Assembly: GCA_977017645.1 (NCBI GenBank)
Contig: OZ360219.1
Span: 112,406,001 to 112,470,000 of the forward strand
DNA: 64,000 nt
From: Torpedo marmorata
Taxonomy: Eukaryota
Direction of reading: 5' to 3'
In this document: positions 47,104-61,141 of the stretch, piece by piece
How the letters are laid out: each line of letters opens with the position of its first letter
How positions within the stretch are numbered: the first letter of the stretch is position 1
Notes under the pieces: generated by a model
What the model saw: only the letters and a program-made list of their open reading frames with translations
Told to the model about the DNA's origin: nothing
Database searches by the model: none
Made by a program: the position numbers and the translations under genes

Positions 47104-49382
47104 TGATTGTGGGAGACTTCAATCAGGCCAATCTGAAGAAGTCACTGACAAACTACCACCAACACATCACTTGCGAGACCAGGGGAACCAACACACTCGA
47201 CCACTGCTACACCACCGTGAAGAACGCATACCGAGCCATACCACGACCGCACTTCGGCAAGTCTGATCACCTGGCTGTACTTCTACTCCCGGCGTACAAG
47301 CAGAGACTGAAGACCACAGCACCACTGGTGAGGACGGCGAAAGTATGGTCGAGGGAGGCGGAGGAGCGTCTGCAGGACTGCTTTGAATCAGTGGACTGGA
47401 ACATATTCAAGCACTCAGCCATAGACCTAAATGAATATGCAACAGGTGTCACCGACTTCATCAAGACCTACGTGGATGAGTGTGTGCCCACGCGCAAATA
47501 CCGGGTGTTCCCCAACCAGAAGCCCTGGATGAATCAGAGAATTTGCAACCTGCTGAGGATGAGAACAAGGGCGTTTAAGGCCAGGGACCGGGATCTTTAC
47601 AAAAAGTCCAGGCACGACCTGCGGAAGGCCATCTCTGAGGCAAAGTGGCAATTCCGGAGGAAGCTAGAGACAGAGACAGATACACGCCAGCTATGGCAGG
47701 GAGTGCAGGCCATTACAGCCTACAAAGCGAGGGCGAACACCATAGACGGTTGTGATGCTTCACTACCCGATGAGCTGAACACCTTCTATGCCTGCTTTGA
47801 GAAGAAGAACAAAACAGTGCCTACTAGATTCCCTGAAAAGGCTGAGGACCCTGTGATATCTGTCTCTGAGGGCGACGTCAGAACATCATTCAAGAGGGTG
47901 AACCCTCGCAAGGCGTCAGGCCCTGGCGGCGTACCTGGCAGGGTATTGAAAATCTGCGCCAACCAACTAGCCGGAGTGTTCACAGACATTTTCAACCTCT
48001 CATTGCAGCAGTCAGAGGTTCCCACCTGCTTCAAAAGGGCATCAATCATCCCGGTACCCAAGAAGAGTAGTGTGAGCTGCCTCAACGACTACCGCCCAGT
48101 AGCACTAACTTCTACTGTGATGAAATGCTTTGAGAGGCTGGTCATGGCCAGAATTAACACATACCTAAACAAAGATCTGGACCCACTGCAATTCGCCTAT
48201 CGCCACAATCGCTCCACAGCAGATGCAATATCGCTGGCTCTCCACTCAGCTCTGGACCACCTCGAAAACAGCAATTCATACATACGGTTGCTCTTCATCG
48301 ACTACAGCTCGGCCTTCAATACCATTATTCCCTCAGTGCTGGTCAAGAAGCTACAAACTCTAGGCCTCTGTACCCCCCTCTGCAACTGGATCCTTGACTT
48401 TCTCATCGGAAGACCACAATCAGTACGAATTGGAAACAACGTCTCCTCCTCACTGATTATCAACACAGGCGCACCCCAAGGATGCGTGCTTAGTCCACTG
48501 CTCTACTCGTTATACACTCATGACTGTGTGGCCAGGCACAATTCCAATGCCATATACAAGTTTGCCGATGACACCACAGTTGTCGGCAGAATCACAAACG
48601 GCAATGAGGAAGCGTACAGGAGGGAGATAGATCAGCTCGTTGAATGGTGTAATGGCAACAACCTTGAGCTCAACGTCAGCAAAACCAAGGAGATGATTGT
48701 GGACTTCAGGAGGAAGTCAGGGGAACACGACCCAGTCCTCATCGAAGGCTCAGTCGTGGAGAGGGTCAAGAACTTCAAATTCCTGGGTGTCAACATCTCC
48801 GAGGATCTGTCCTGGAGCATACAAGTGGATGCAATCACAAAGAAGGCTCGTCATCGGCTATATTTGTAAGGTGTTTGCGGAGATTCGATATGTCACCAAA
48901 GACTCTCGTAAACTTCTACAGGTGTACCGTGGAGAGCATTCTGGCTGGTTGCATCGCTGCCTGGTATGGAGGCACCAACTCCCAGGACAAGAGTAAACAC
49001 CAGAAGGTTGTTAACTCGGCCTGTGACATCACAGGCACCAAACTTCACTCCATCGAGGACATCTACATGAGGCGGTGTCTTAAAAAAGCAGCCTCTATCC
49101 TCAAGGACCCCCACCACCCAGGCCATGCCCTCTTCACTCTGCTTCCATCGGGAAAAAGGTACAGGAGCCTAAAGACGAGCACTCAACGGCACAAGGACAG
49201 CTTCTTCCATGCTGCCATCAGATTCCTGAATAAAGACACTGCCTTACTTTTCGTGCACTATTGTTTATAATTTTTTTATAGTAATGTCATTAGATGGTTA
49301 ATATGAATGTTAATTGCACTATGATGCTGCCGCAAAACACCGAATTTCATGACTTGTTCATGACAATAAATTCTGATTCTGA
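47104..49382 (+). mobile_element. 5'-truncated copy of the young Rex1/Babar family, nested in a second-subfamily fragment (~47030-47103 and 49383-49803)
   Basis: Protein nearly identical to 32882-36004 from IVGDFN onward with one frameshift near 48865; host sequence ...ttcaggga|accctgctgtcgg resumes after the tail. Confidence 0.92.
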
Positions 49383-50368
49383 ACCCTGCTGTCGGAGAGC
49401 AGCAGCAATCATCAAAGACCCACACCACCCAGCGCACGCTCTGTTCTCGCTGCTGCCATCAGGAAAGAGGTATAGGTGCCACAAGACTCGCACCACCAGG
49501 TTTAGGAACAGCTCTACCATCAGAATCCTCAATGACAAAGTCAAATCAGAGACTCATTTAAGGACTCTTACTTGTGCACTTTATTGATTTTCATTTGCTC
49601 TCTCTGTATTGCACAGTCAGTTTCATTTTCAGTTTCATTCGTTACCTGTTAGCAGTTCTTTTGATTGTTTACATGTTTACGCTGTGTACAGTTTACTTTT
49701 TGCACCACCAATTAGTGGTAATTCTGCTGCACCCACAGGAAAAAAGAATCTCAGGGTTGTATGTGACGTCATGTATGTACTCTGACAATAAATCTGAAAT
49801 CTGTTATTAAATCAAGTAAAGACAAAAGTAGATTGAAGGATAAAGCAATGACTTTCAATCTGAATCAGTCAACTGGATCAGAATTTCATTTTATTAACAA
49901 TTTTCTCAGATAACCATGCTGATGGGTCTGGATGGGAGTGAATAAACAAGTATGTTGCTGGCATTTTTCAGAACATAAGATGTAAACTCAGCTGGCAATT
50001 TGGAGAAAATATTATGTTCATGGATGGCAAAGCATTTTGAATCAATCTAGGTGAGCTAACCATGAAGATTGCTTTCCAAATATAGACTACATCTTCAAAA
50101 CAAATACGGAAAGTATTAATCAACAGCTTGTGGATTCAGATGGTTGTGGGTGTGATGTGTAGGGAAGGTTTAGATTGTTGAGAATGTTTATATTGGTTGG
50201 CACATCATCGTGAGGTGAAGGGTCTGTACTGTGCTGTAATGTTCTATGTTCTAGTATTATCAAATGCCTTTTGTTTCCCCATCAAAATCAAGAAGCTGAG
50301 TTTTAAAATAATGCACAAAGGCATGCCTTGCAACAGAAACTCACTTCGTTTTCTATTTTAACACATCA

Positions 50369-50497
<129 letters not shown>

Positions 50498-50674
50498 TCA
50501 GCCAATAAGCAGAGTAGTACTAATTCCACAATCTGACCAACATTGAACATGTCAACTCTGACTAAAGAGTTGAGATGTTGTTTATGGGACACTTAATTAT
50601 TCAGCATCCCCAACTACAACTGCCTAAAGTGCACGGGTGCAGAAATTCTGTAAAGTGCAACATAAATTGGTTAC

Positions 50675-51300
50675 AAACAAGAGAATGCAGGTGCTGGAAT
50701 CTGGAGCAAAACACAATCTGCTGGAGGAACTCAGCTGGTCGAGCAGCATTAGTGGGAGGAAAAGGATGGTCGATGTTTCAGGCCAGAACCCTTCAGCAAG
50801 ACAGAGTGCAGAGGGAGATAGCCAGTAGAATGAGGGGCTGCACAGGGGCCAGTGGAAAACTGATGTATCACAGAGGTGTGAAGTTGAATGGCAGGTGCCA
50901 GACAAAAGGGAGAGAGAGAGGCTAGAGAAACAAGGAGGTCAGATGGAGGAAGATAAGTCATACAGGAGGGGTGGGTGGTGAAAGTCATGAGGGGGGGGAT
51001 ATGGGGGTGGTGATAAGAGGAGACAAAGGCTGCCAGTGGCTGGAATCTCAAATTAATGGTTTCATGAGTGACCAGACAGACCCAAAATGGGAGGAGGGGT
51101 TGTGGGGAGGGGGGGGGCAGGGGAAGAAGAGAGGAAAATAATTCAGCAGGGAAATGTGGGTGGAAGAAAATGGAAACAAAAGAGGAAGATGAATGAGAAT
51201 AGGTAGAGGCAAGGGGGGAGGGGGTAGACTGAAAGCAGCTCAGAAGAATTGAGAGGGGATAGTAACTGAAATTGGAAAATTCAATATTCATAACATTGGA
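50675..51300 (-). mobile_element. Degenerate Penelope-like 3' fragment
   Basis: Minus strand has atgaatattgaattttcc (cf. GINIDF end of the GIY-YIG ORF), a pyrimidine-rich spacer, then CTGAAGGG...GGCCTGAAAC and the gagttcctccagca terminal motif. Confidence 0.6.
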
Positions 51301-51534
51301 CTGGTTTACTGCTCCAATTGGTCCATTAACTTTACTATAATTCTGTCCCCTTGCCCCTTCTTTTGTCAGGCAAGATCAGACAAGGTCGATCTGTGGGCTG
51401 GAGTCATCCAAGATCTCATGAGGGAGCCATAGAACACAACAGCACAGAAAACATGCCACTTATGCCCTTCTCATCTGTGCCAAAACATTATTCCGCTAGT
51501 CCCATTGACCTGCACACAGTCCATAACCCTCCAC

Positions 51535-51755
51535 TGACACAAACGCTGCCAGAGGAACTAAGCAGGTCAAGCAGCATCAGTGGGAGAAAAAAATAGTCGA
51601 CATTTTGAACTCTTTATCGAGCCTTTAGTCTCGATAAAGAGTTTCAGCTCGAAATATCAACCATTCTTTTTCTCCCACTGATGCTGCTCGACCCACCGAG
51701 TTCCTCCAGTTCAGCTTCAGATTTCAGCACCTGCAGTCTCCTGTGTGTCTCCAAC
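51535..51755. repeat. Long inverted-repeat (palindromic) Penelope-derived element
   Basis: gaggaactaagcaggtcaagcagcatcagtgggagaaaaa / tttttctcccactgatgctgctcgacccaccgagttcctc, with inner arms aactctttatcgag / ctcgataaagagtt. Confidence 0.75.
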
Positions 51756-52613
51756 CACTGACACAACCTTGTAACCTCTTCACACAAAGCAAACCTCAAC
51801 AGCATGGTTCATGAATACAAATCAAACCATTTATACAAGCCTAAATTTAATCTACTTATTGCAAGATTCCCAATTGGGCAGAAACAATTATGAGAACTTC
51901 TTAAGAACCAGAAAATGAACGAGAAAATTCATGCAGCAAAAGGTTTTAATCAATACAATGAAATGAACTCAATCAGCAGGACCTAGAAAATGCAATTTAG
52001 CAATGTTTTGTGGAGAAATTAAATGTTGTGCAGCCATAGGAAATAATTAGGTTAGAACTAAGTAGGAAAAAATACGATGCATTCTGCAGATGGTTCTCTC
52101 TTAAATAAGGGTTTTTTCATCAAGGGATGAATTTTTGTGACAGGATTCTTGCAGCCAAATGTCAATCTTGCCATTTTGGAAAACCGCACAACACTAAACC
52201 ATAGCAGACCAGGAAGAAGGGAAGAAAGAAATTGACCGAGACTCATTTCCTTCTTGGGAATAGCCACTTTTCTTTTACATTGAAACCAAATACTTATAGG
52301 TGTAAAGTGTCCAGAGTGCATTCACCATTTGAAAGTGGGAATGTTGCTATAAGAGACATGCTTGATCAATTAGCATACATTGCAAGCAAACAAGGCGAGG
52401 AACACATCCACTGGTGAGAGTTTTGGGAACCAAGGGTCCAAATTCTTCCCAAGCATGCCACACTGACCAAGCATCCAGCTTCAAATTATTCATATACTAC
52501 CGGTAGTTCCTAACATTCTACCTTCTTGTTAAATATTCAATCATTGCAATATTCCCTGGAATTAGAGCAGTTGCCCCATTTGTGAACGTGTCTGCAGACT
52601 CCAGTATCCATTG

Positions 52614-55600
52614 TGTTACAAATTCAAACCAGCAAGGACAGAAGACGCAATGCAAAAGGGGTAAAATTGAAATTGCTTTACGGTAGACAAAAATTAAAGA
52701 ATTTCATGTATGTTACATTCTAAACGTAGTATTACGTGACAATAATGGAACCTTTACCTTAAAAACAATTAAACATATAATTTCACAACAATTAACCCTA
52801 CTATAAATGTGTGTGTGTGTGTGTGTGTGTGTGTCTGTAAAGCCCAGACCATTACAGTCTGTGCCCAACCCTCATGTAAAAATGGAAAACCTTCCCCAAA
52901 ACCCCCAGGTCAGTCATAAAAATAAGTGAGTCCCAAAAATACAGTCCACAAAAATCACTCTCTATGTTCAGGGTCCTAATTCAGCTTTGTGTGCTGGCAA
53001 GGACTTCTTAATGAACGTTGGAGAGAGAGACAATGACTGTTTAAGCTTACGAATGCTTGGCCTGCTTTTCTTCTCTGATGACTTTCCCTTTTGGTAGATA
53101 AACGAGGATTGCGACTCCAAATCAGTATACCACTGATTGAGACGTGTACTTGGATCTCACAGCCGGTCTCACTGATCTCACGCCTGTTCTTCACAAAAGT
53201 TGTTCTAACTCAGGATTTTGCTGATACAGGAGGCCATGTGCTATTCTCTCAGCCTTTTCCCCTGGGATGCACAAGCCTGGATTTTGCTGTGTTCTACAGC
53301 CTTTGCAACTCCAAAACTGAATCTGAATGCTTTTTGCAGAGGTTTGCACCTGCTTTTGCAAAAGTGCAACAAAGTATCTCTCCACAGTCTGTCTCTCTCT
53401 GGTGTCTCTCTCTCTCTGTGAGTACAAGAAGTCCTGGGCAAGTTAACTCTTTCAGTACCAGATCCCAGTGTGTACTCCAAAAGACTTCATCCTTCCTGCT
53501 GACTGTCTGCAGTCCAAATGGTCAGTCATGGTCCATAACACCTCCCACCCACAAAGAAAATTTTGGTCTGCAAGAACAAAATTTTGGAAATTAATTGAGG
53601 TGTCGCAATATAAACAAAACCCACAATGATCATCCACAAACGCAAAATATGAACTATTTTCATTTATAAAGTTTAGCATCTAGAAAGACAATCAGCGATC
53701 ACATTATCTTTCCCTTTTATATGTGTTATTATCAAATCATATTCTTGCAAAATTAGACTCCAATTCAACAACCGTCGATTCTTATTTTTCATTTTACAAA
53801 GAAAAACCAATGGATTATGGTCAGTATACACTATGAGTGGTTTTTGAGCTGTACAGATATACACATCAAAGTGTTGGAGAGCCAACACAAGAGCTAACAA
53901 CTCTTTTTCTACGGTTGAATAATTCCTTTGATGATCATTGAACTTCTTCGAGAAGTAGGATAACGGATGGTCAATGTCCTCTTCGTTCTTCCTTTGTAAC
54001 AGCACCGCACCCACAGCTTCATCGCTGGCATCCACGGCTAAAGAAAATGGCTGTTCTAAATTAGGTGACTTAAGCACAGGTTGGTGGCATAACATGGCTT
54101 TCAATTTGATAAATGATTCCTGACAAACTGTCGACCATACAAATGTTTCTCCCTTTCTAAGCAAATTTGTGAGAGGGAGCGCAAGATCTGCAGTTTTTAC
54201 AGAACTTGCAGTAGTAGCCAATCATTCCCAGGAATCTCCTCCAAGTTTTCTTATCAGTTGGAACAGGGAACTCAGAAATAGTCACATCCTTTGCCTCTAC
54301 TGGTGCCAACTGCCCTTGTCCTACTACATAACTCAGAGAATTAACAGTCCCATGACCCTCTCTGAAACTGGTTTTATCTGTCTCCTCCTTACCCCGGTCA
54401 ATAACCAGCACCTCTGGTAAATGTTTAGTCTCTTTGTGTGGCACCTGTTCAAAATATGGCTTAATCATATTCACATGACAGACCTGCGTGTCTCGTCTGC
54501 GATTAGGTGTTTCTATGACATAGCTGACCTCATTAATTTTTTCCTTAACTCTATAGGGTCCTGAAAATCTAGCCCTAAGAGGATATGAATGGATGGGAAA
54601 CAGAACTAATACATTCTCACCAGGTTTAAAAGTTCTCATCTTGGCCTTTCGATCATACCAAACCTTCATTCTCTGCTGAGTGGCCATCTCACAAGCCCTA
54701 TGCAACCGATCCTTAAATTTGGAAACATAATCTAACAGATTTAAATGCACATCACTATTAATCCACTGTACTTTTAATAACCTTAAAGGACATATCACCT
54801 CATGTCCGAAAACTAACTCGAATGGACTAAAACCAAGTGATTCTTGGACAGACTCCCTCGCTGCAAATAACAACAAATGAACCCCCTCATCCCAATCCTT
54901 TTCCTTCTCACAACAATAGGTTCTAATCATTTTTTCAAAGTCGAATGGAACCTCTCCAAGGCCCCTTGACTTTCTGGATGGTACGCAGAGGATACAATCT
55001 GTTTAACTCCCAGTCCATCAACCACTTATTGGAAAATGCCTGACATGAAATTACTGCCCTGATCTGATTGAATTTCCCTTGGCAAACCTACCAAGGTGAA
55101 AAACTTTACCATAGCCTTTACATTTGCTTTTGCTTTAATGTTCCTCAGAGGAATGGCCTCTGGAAATCTGGTGGCTGCACACATAATTGTTAACAAATAC
55201 TCATTCCGCGCTTTGGTTTTGGGCAATGGGCCAACACAGTCCACAATCACTCTCGAGAAAGGCTTACTGAAAGCAGGGATAGGTTGCAAGGATGCCACCG
55301 GGGGACCCTGATTAGGTTTACCCACCACCTGACAAGTGTGACAGGCCCAGCAAAAGCTTACAACCTCCCTTCTCAAACTGGGCCAATAAAATTGTTTCAT
55401 TATCTTCCGTATAGTTTTCTTCACCCCAAGGTGTTCACCTAAGGGTGTGCTATGAGCCAAAGTTATTATTTTGTCCCTATATACTTTAGGGATCACTACC
55501 TGCTGCACTACTGCCCATTCTTCACTGGCAGGAACATCACATGGTCTCCACTTTCTCATCAACACCCCATCTTGTTCATAATAACCCACTGGCACCTTTT

Positions 55601-57738
55601 TAATCTCCTCTTCAGAGAGAACCTTATCCCTCACCTCAGCAAGATCAGGATCCTCCTTTTGCCTTGCTATTAGCTCCTGTCGGGATAGTGACAAATCTGT
55701 GCCTTTAGGTGTCTTATCAGTGGATGGTCTAACACAGGAGATTTCTCAACTTTTCCAGGTGTTTTTGATTATCACTGACTTTTTCTTTCACCAATTTATT
55801 TTCCACTGCCTTCTCTACAGTGGCATTTTTCTTAGACATGGCCCTGGTTATGGCACATGCCGGATAAATATCAGAGTCCTTCTCTGACTTATCAATGACT
55901 GGCTTAGTGGTCATTCGCACTGCAGGAACTACTTTATCCTCAGCCAAGTCATTGCCTAGCAACAGTGAGACTTCTTCAACTGGCAACTCTGATCTCACTC
56001 CTATTATAACAGGTCCTTCCACCAAGGCTGAGTCCAACACTATTTTGTGCAAAGGAATGAACTCAACATCACCTCCAATTCCTTTAATTAAATTAATTTC
56101 ACCAGTGTCAGTGGCTTCACAACATTCCAAGACACTATCTAACACAAGTGACTGAGCAGCACCAGTATCTCGCAAGATTTTCACTGGAACTTGCTTAGAT
56201 CCTGCCTTAACAAAATGTTTAAATACATCCCTAACTTTGTCAGTATATTTGTCTCCTTCCTGGGTGTTATGCCTCTTCTCACCCTGAATACAAGCATTAG
56301 GTGTTGCATCCTTTTCTCTCTTCTTTTTCAACACTGGACAGCTTGCTAGCATATGACAAGCCTTCCTACAGTCGTGGCAAATGGGACCCGAAGAGTTTTC
56401 CCTTTTCCACTTCCCTTCTTCTCTTTCCTTAACACCACTTCCAAATTTACTTTCCACTTGCTTGGGATTATCCACAGTGCCCTTTTGGAAAATTCTGCCT
56501 GACGTCCACTTAGGCTTGTGGGTTAAAGCATATTCATCTGCTAACTTAGCTGAATTTTGCCAAGTTTTCACCTCCTTTTCATCTAAGTATGCCTTAATAT
56601 CCTCAGGAACACACCTTTTTATCTCCTCAATTATTATCAATTTTCTAAATTGATTGTAATCATCGTTTACCGCCTTAGATGTGCACCACCGGTCAAAACA
56701 CACAACCTTTTCATAGGCAAACTGTGTAAGATTGGGTTGCTGATCTTTTTAAATTTCTAAACTTCTGTCTATAAGCCTCTGGAACTAACTCATAAGCCTG
56801 GAGTATAGCCTTCTTCACCGTTTCATAATCAGCAGCTTGCTCCGTGGTAAGAGTAGAATAAGCATGCTGAGCTTTTCCTTTTATTACACTTTGTAACATC
56901 AGAGACCATTGGTCTTGTGGCCATTTTAATTTCACAGCCACCTTCTCAAAATGCTGGTAGTACTTATCTATTTCCACCTCCTCAAATGGAGGAACCAACC
57001 TAACTTCTCTACTGGCCAAAAACCTCTCAACAGGACCACGAATTTGATCTTGTCTCCTCTCATTTTCCAAATAATCTTTTCCAGCTCATATTGTCTAATG
57101 TTCTCCTCTCTCTCTAAATCTAATCTCTTTTGTTCTCTGCCTCCAAGTCTAATCTCTTTTGTTTCAATTCCCTGTCTAATTTATTTTGTTCCCTGGCTAC
57201 CTCCAAGTCTAATCTCTTTTGTTCCAATTCCAATTTCTTTAGTTCCGACTGTATGTTTACAGAAGGTTTACCCTTGGGAAACTGCTCTAACATGCTCTCC
57301 TCTAACCTTTTTCATTTTATATAGTATTTGACAATTTTTCTCCCAATCTCTGCCTATTTCATTGATGGTTTTACAGAAGCAATGCCCAACTCTGTTGCTA
57401 TAGCCTTTTTTAAAGTATCAGGTTCAGGTGATTCCAAAAAAATTTCTACATCCATTGTTGCTGGTTTTTCGTTACACACACACACACACACTAGCATTTA
57501 ATTAGCTTTACAAAAGGTATGTCTTAAACCACACTGGGATTCCTTCAATGACCAAGATGGATCTTGATTCAAATCCTAGGACGAGCCCCCAATTTGTTGC
57601 AAATTCAAACCAGCAACGACAGAAGACGCAATGCAAAAGGGGTAAAATTGAAATTTATATTTATTAAAGACAATTAAACATATAATTTCACAACAATTAA
57701 CCCCACTATAAACGTCTATAAACACTATTCTTATCTAA

Positions 57739-57776
<38 letters not shown>

Positions 57777-58485
57777 AAGCCCAAACCATTACAGTCTGTG
57801 CCCAACCCTCATGTAAAAATGGAAAACCTTCCCCAAAACCCCAGGTCAGTCATAAAAATAAGTCAGTCCCAAAAATACAGTCCATAAAAATTCACTCTCT
57901 ATGTTCAGGGTCCTAATTCAGCTCTGTGTACTGGTAAGAAGGACTTCTTAATGAACGTTGGAGAGAGAGACAATGACTGTTTAAGCTTACGAATGCTTGG
58001 CCTGCTTTTCTTCTCTGATGACTTTCCCTTTTGGTAGATACACGAGGATTGCGACTCCAAATCAGTATACCACTGATTGAGGCGTGTACTTGGATCTCAC
58101 AGCCTGTCTCGCTGATCTCACGCCTGTTCTTCACAAAAGTTGTTTTAACTCAGGATTTTGCTGATACAGCAGGCCATGTGCTATCCTCCCAGCCTTTTCC
58201 CCTGAGATGCACAAGCCTGGATTTTGCTGTGTTCTCCAGCCTTTGCAACTCCAAAACTGAATCTGAATGCTTTTTGCAGAGGTTTGCACCTGCTTTTGCA
58301 AAAGTGCAACAAAGTATCTTTTCCACAGTCTGTCTCTCTCTCTCTGGTGTCTCTCTCTCTCTGTGAGTACAAGTAGTCCTGGGCAAGTTAACTCTTTCAG
58401 TACCAGGTCCCAGTGTGTACTCCAAAAGACTTCATCCTTCCTGCTAACCGTCCGCAGTCCAAATGGTCAGTCATGGTCCATAACG
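52614..58485 (-). mobile_element. Gmr1-type LTR retrotransposon, copy C, both LTRs present (5' 57595-58485, 3' 52614-53540), RT core deleted
   Basis: 4-bp TSD ATTG (52610-52613, 58486-58489); PBS TGGGGGCTCGTCC (tRNA-Pro); order gag(SCAN-like)-PR-IN-(RT remnant)-RH; several frameshifts. Confidence 0.94.
52675..52760 (+). mobile_element. 5'-truncated copy (tail only) of the 5S-derived SINE inside the 3' LTR of copy C
   Basis: TTACGGTAGACAAAAATTAAAGAATTTCATG...GTGACAATAATGGAACCTTTACCTT matches 41854-41933 and is absent from the partner LTR (~57655). Confidence 0.88.
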
Positions 58486-59219
58486 ATTGTCATGCAATAA
58501 ATGTGAAATCGAGAAGGTCTCCAGTTTAAATTTCAAACAATAACAACCAAACTTGCTGGAGAAACTCTGCTGAGTTTCTCCAGCACATTTGTATATTGCA
58601 CTCAACCCCAGCATCTGCAGACTTTGTCTAACACAAATGATAACAAGTCCCTTTCTTTTAGTCCTCAGTAATTTTCTGTCTTGACAGCTTCCTATTGTTC
58701 ATCGATTCCCAGAATCAAAATGCTGAGATGCAAATCTGTTAAACATGCAATTAACTGGAAGGGAAACTTTATAAAGCAATTGTTTCAACTGGTGGGGGGA
58801 CACACTGAACAGAGTATTACAGGTTCAACCTGATCTGCCAAGGCCATTGAGAACAGAATGCACCAGATTAAATCAGCTGAATAGCTGGCCGGTTTGGACA
58901 ATGGAGACTGCATGCAGATGAAATGCTTTGTTCAAAATTCTTCATCTGCAAGTGAGTGAGCCATTTAACATCACTGGCCTTAAAAATAAAACAGCTACAA
59001 TGAATATAAAAATTATATTCTAAAAAGAAAATCAAACTTTTCCAGTGCTCCAAAGGAAAATAGCTTTTTGGAGTAGAAGTATCTATCAGGCTTAGTTAGG
59101 GGCTATGAGTTCTGCAAACTGATTGACGACAGGTGGAATAGCAAAGGTTTGGACAGCATGCGGAAAACTAGATAGATATTAAGGAATGCTCAGGTTCACT
59201 GACAGTGGAGTGGAGCACT

Positions 59220-60485
59220 TTCAGCGCGTCTACTTTCTCAGGAGTTTGCGGAGGATTGGTATGACATCGTAAACCTTGACAAACTTCCACAGATGTGTAG
59301 TGGAAAGTGTGCTAACCAGCTGCATCACGGCCTGTTATGAGGGCACCAATTTCTCTGAGTGGAAAACCCTGCAAAAGATAGTGGACACAGTCCAGTACAT
59401 CACAGGCAAAACTCTCCCTACCATTAAGAAAATCTACATGGAAAGCTGCTGTCGGAGATCAGCACCAATCACCATTATCCACACCACCCAGGACATGCTC
59501 TGTTCTCGCTGCTGCCATGAGGAAAGAGGTGTACATGCCACAAAACTCATACCAACAGATTCAGGAACAATTGCTACCCCTCCACCATCAGACTCCTAAA
59601 CAACAAACTCTGACTCATTTAAGGACTCTTACTTTGCACATTATTTATTATTGAATATTCATTTTCTGTATTGCACTTCCTTCGTTTACAGTTCTCTATT
59701 TGTATCCGCATCTTTTGACACTTTTACACAGCCGCAGCATAACGGAAAATTCTCGGAAATTTTCCGTTCTGCTGGCTGTGTAAAAATGTTGTGACGGAAA
59801 TTACAAACTAATTTCCGTCCCGACATTTTTACTGCAGCAGCCCTAGACATATTTGTGGACTGCCTGCAGTCTGAACTGAACTGCAGGCGGTCTGCAAAAA
59901 ATGGGTTAATGAATACGACGTACCTAATGACGCGCGATGACGTGTTCAGCTCGCGACATGCAACGCGGGATTTTTTAATCTGCAGCACGCCAAGGAGACA
60001 TTAGACTTCCAGCACGCAAACTAGAAGGTGCTAAGTGGAGGTTTCCAAGTGTCACAACAGAAGACCTGTAGTATGAATTACTCAATTGTGATCAATATTG
60101 AAATAAAAATTAAATGGGATATTTAAAGACCACAAATTATTAAATTTTAAATAAGGAACAGTCCAGCACCAACTATAGAATGACGCTGAGTGTCAGACGC
60201 AGCTGGACGTCAGAATCAACGTCGACCCACGTCCACCCTCCAGAATCACCACAATGCCGGAGGTCAGTGTAAACCTCCATCCTGTGTGAACGGCCACTCT
60301 GGTGGGTAAGTATGCATATTGATGATGGGAAAATCCCGTTACCTCTGTGTAAAAATGGTAAATGAGAACAGTTTTTTTTCCACAGTACCGATAAATAGAA
60401 ATTCTGCCTGTCCCACAGGAAAAAGAATCTCAAGGTTGTATGTGATGTCATGTATGTACTCTGACAATAAATCTGAACTTTGAAC
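59220..60485 (+). mobile_element. Truncated Rex1/Babar-like LINE split in its 3' UTR by a DNA element
   Basis: RT 3' remnant 59220-59600, UTR to ~59715, tail resumes ~60365-60485. Confidence 0.8.
59716..60360 (-). mobile_element. Second PIF/Harbinger-like non-autonomous element with a terminal hairpin
   Basis: TTTTACACAG...CTGTGTAAAA ends; CCTGTGTGAACGGCCACTCTGG is the reverse complement of the ~30660-30680 motif. Confidence 0.55.
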
Positions 60486-61141
60486 AGAATCCATAAGATG
60501 GCGACAATTGCTGAAGATCATATCAAAAAAATGGCGGCTCTGCAGAGTGGCAGAGCTGCCGCTGATGCAGGTCCAGGGAGAGTAGGGAGTGGAGACACAG
60601 CACTCCCCGAAGGGTCCTACCGCCCAGTCCGACTACTCCGTACAGGCTCTAAACAGCCTGTGTTTGGCAGCGTACTGTAGGGTGTGGGCCCAAGATGAAG
60701 GCGCCTGTGTTTGGCAGCGTACCATGAGGGATTGGAGACCACAGGGGAGCAGGGGACTGGTACAGGGCACCAGAAAAGAGGAGAACATCTTCTGTTGAGT
60801 AGGAGAAGCAGAGGAGACAACCCTAAGGATGGTGACTATGGTGTTGGACCAGCGAGGGGCTCTGCGGCTGAAGGATACATACAGGCAGCAAGCTGTTGGA
60901 GACTTGCGGTCTAAGGACTCACACCAGGCTGCGGTTATCGGAACCGGGATTCAAAAGAATGCTGAAGGCAAGAAGGATGCCCGAAGGTACCTGGGCACTA
61001 AAGGCTTTCTGATCGTGTTGTAGGTTTGGATCTGGGCTTGGGTTGCCGATGGTTTGAACTAAACTGGAGACTTGTGTGGCTACAGAGGCTGCGGAAGTGC
61101 TGGAGGTGAATCCACGGACACTCGATGACTCTGAGGGGACT

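Noticed and set aside
47040-48869. 609-aa ORF as a novel fusion protein
   Set aside because: Only ~21 aa of a dead host LINE precede a 5'-truncated Rex1 copy; chance in-frame junction.
57742-57773. (TG)n and (GA)n microsatellites (also ~52808-52833, ~697-745)
   Set aside because: Ordinary simple repeats inside LTRs or other elements.
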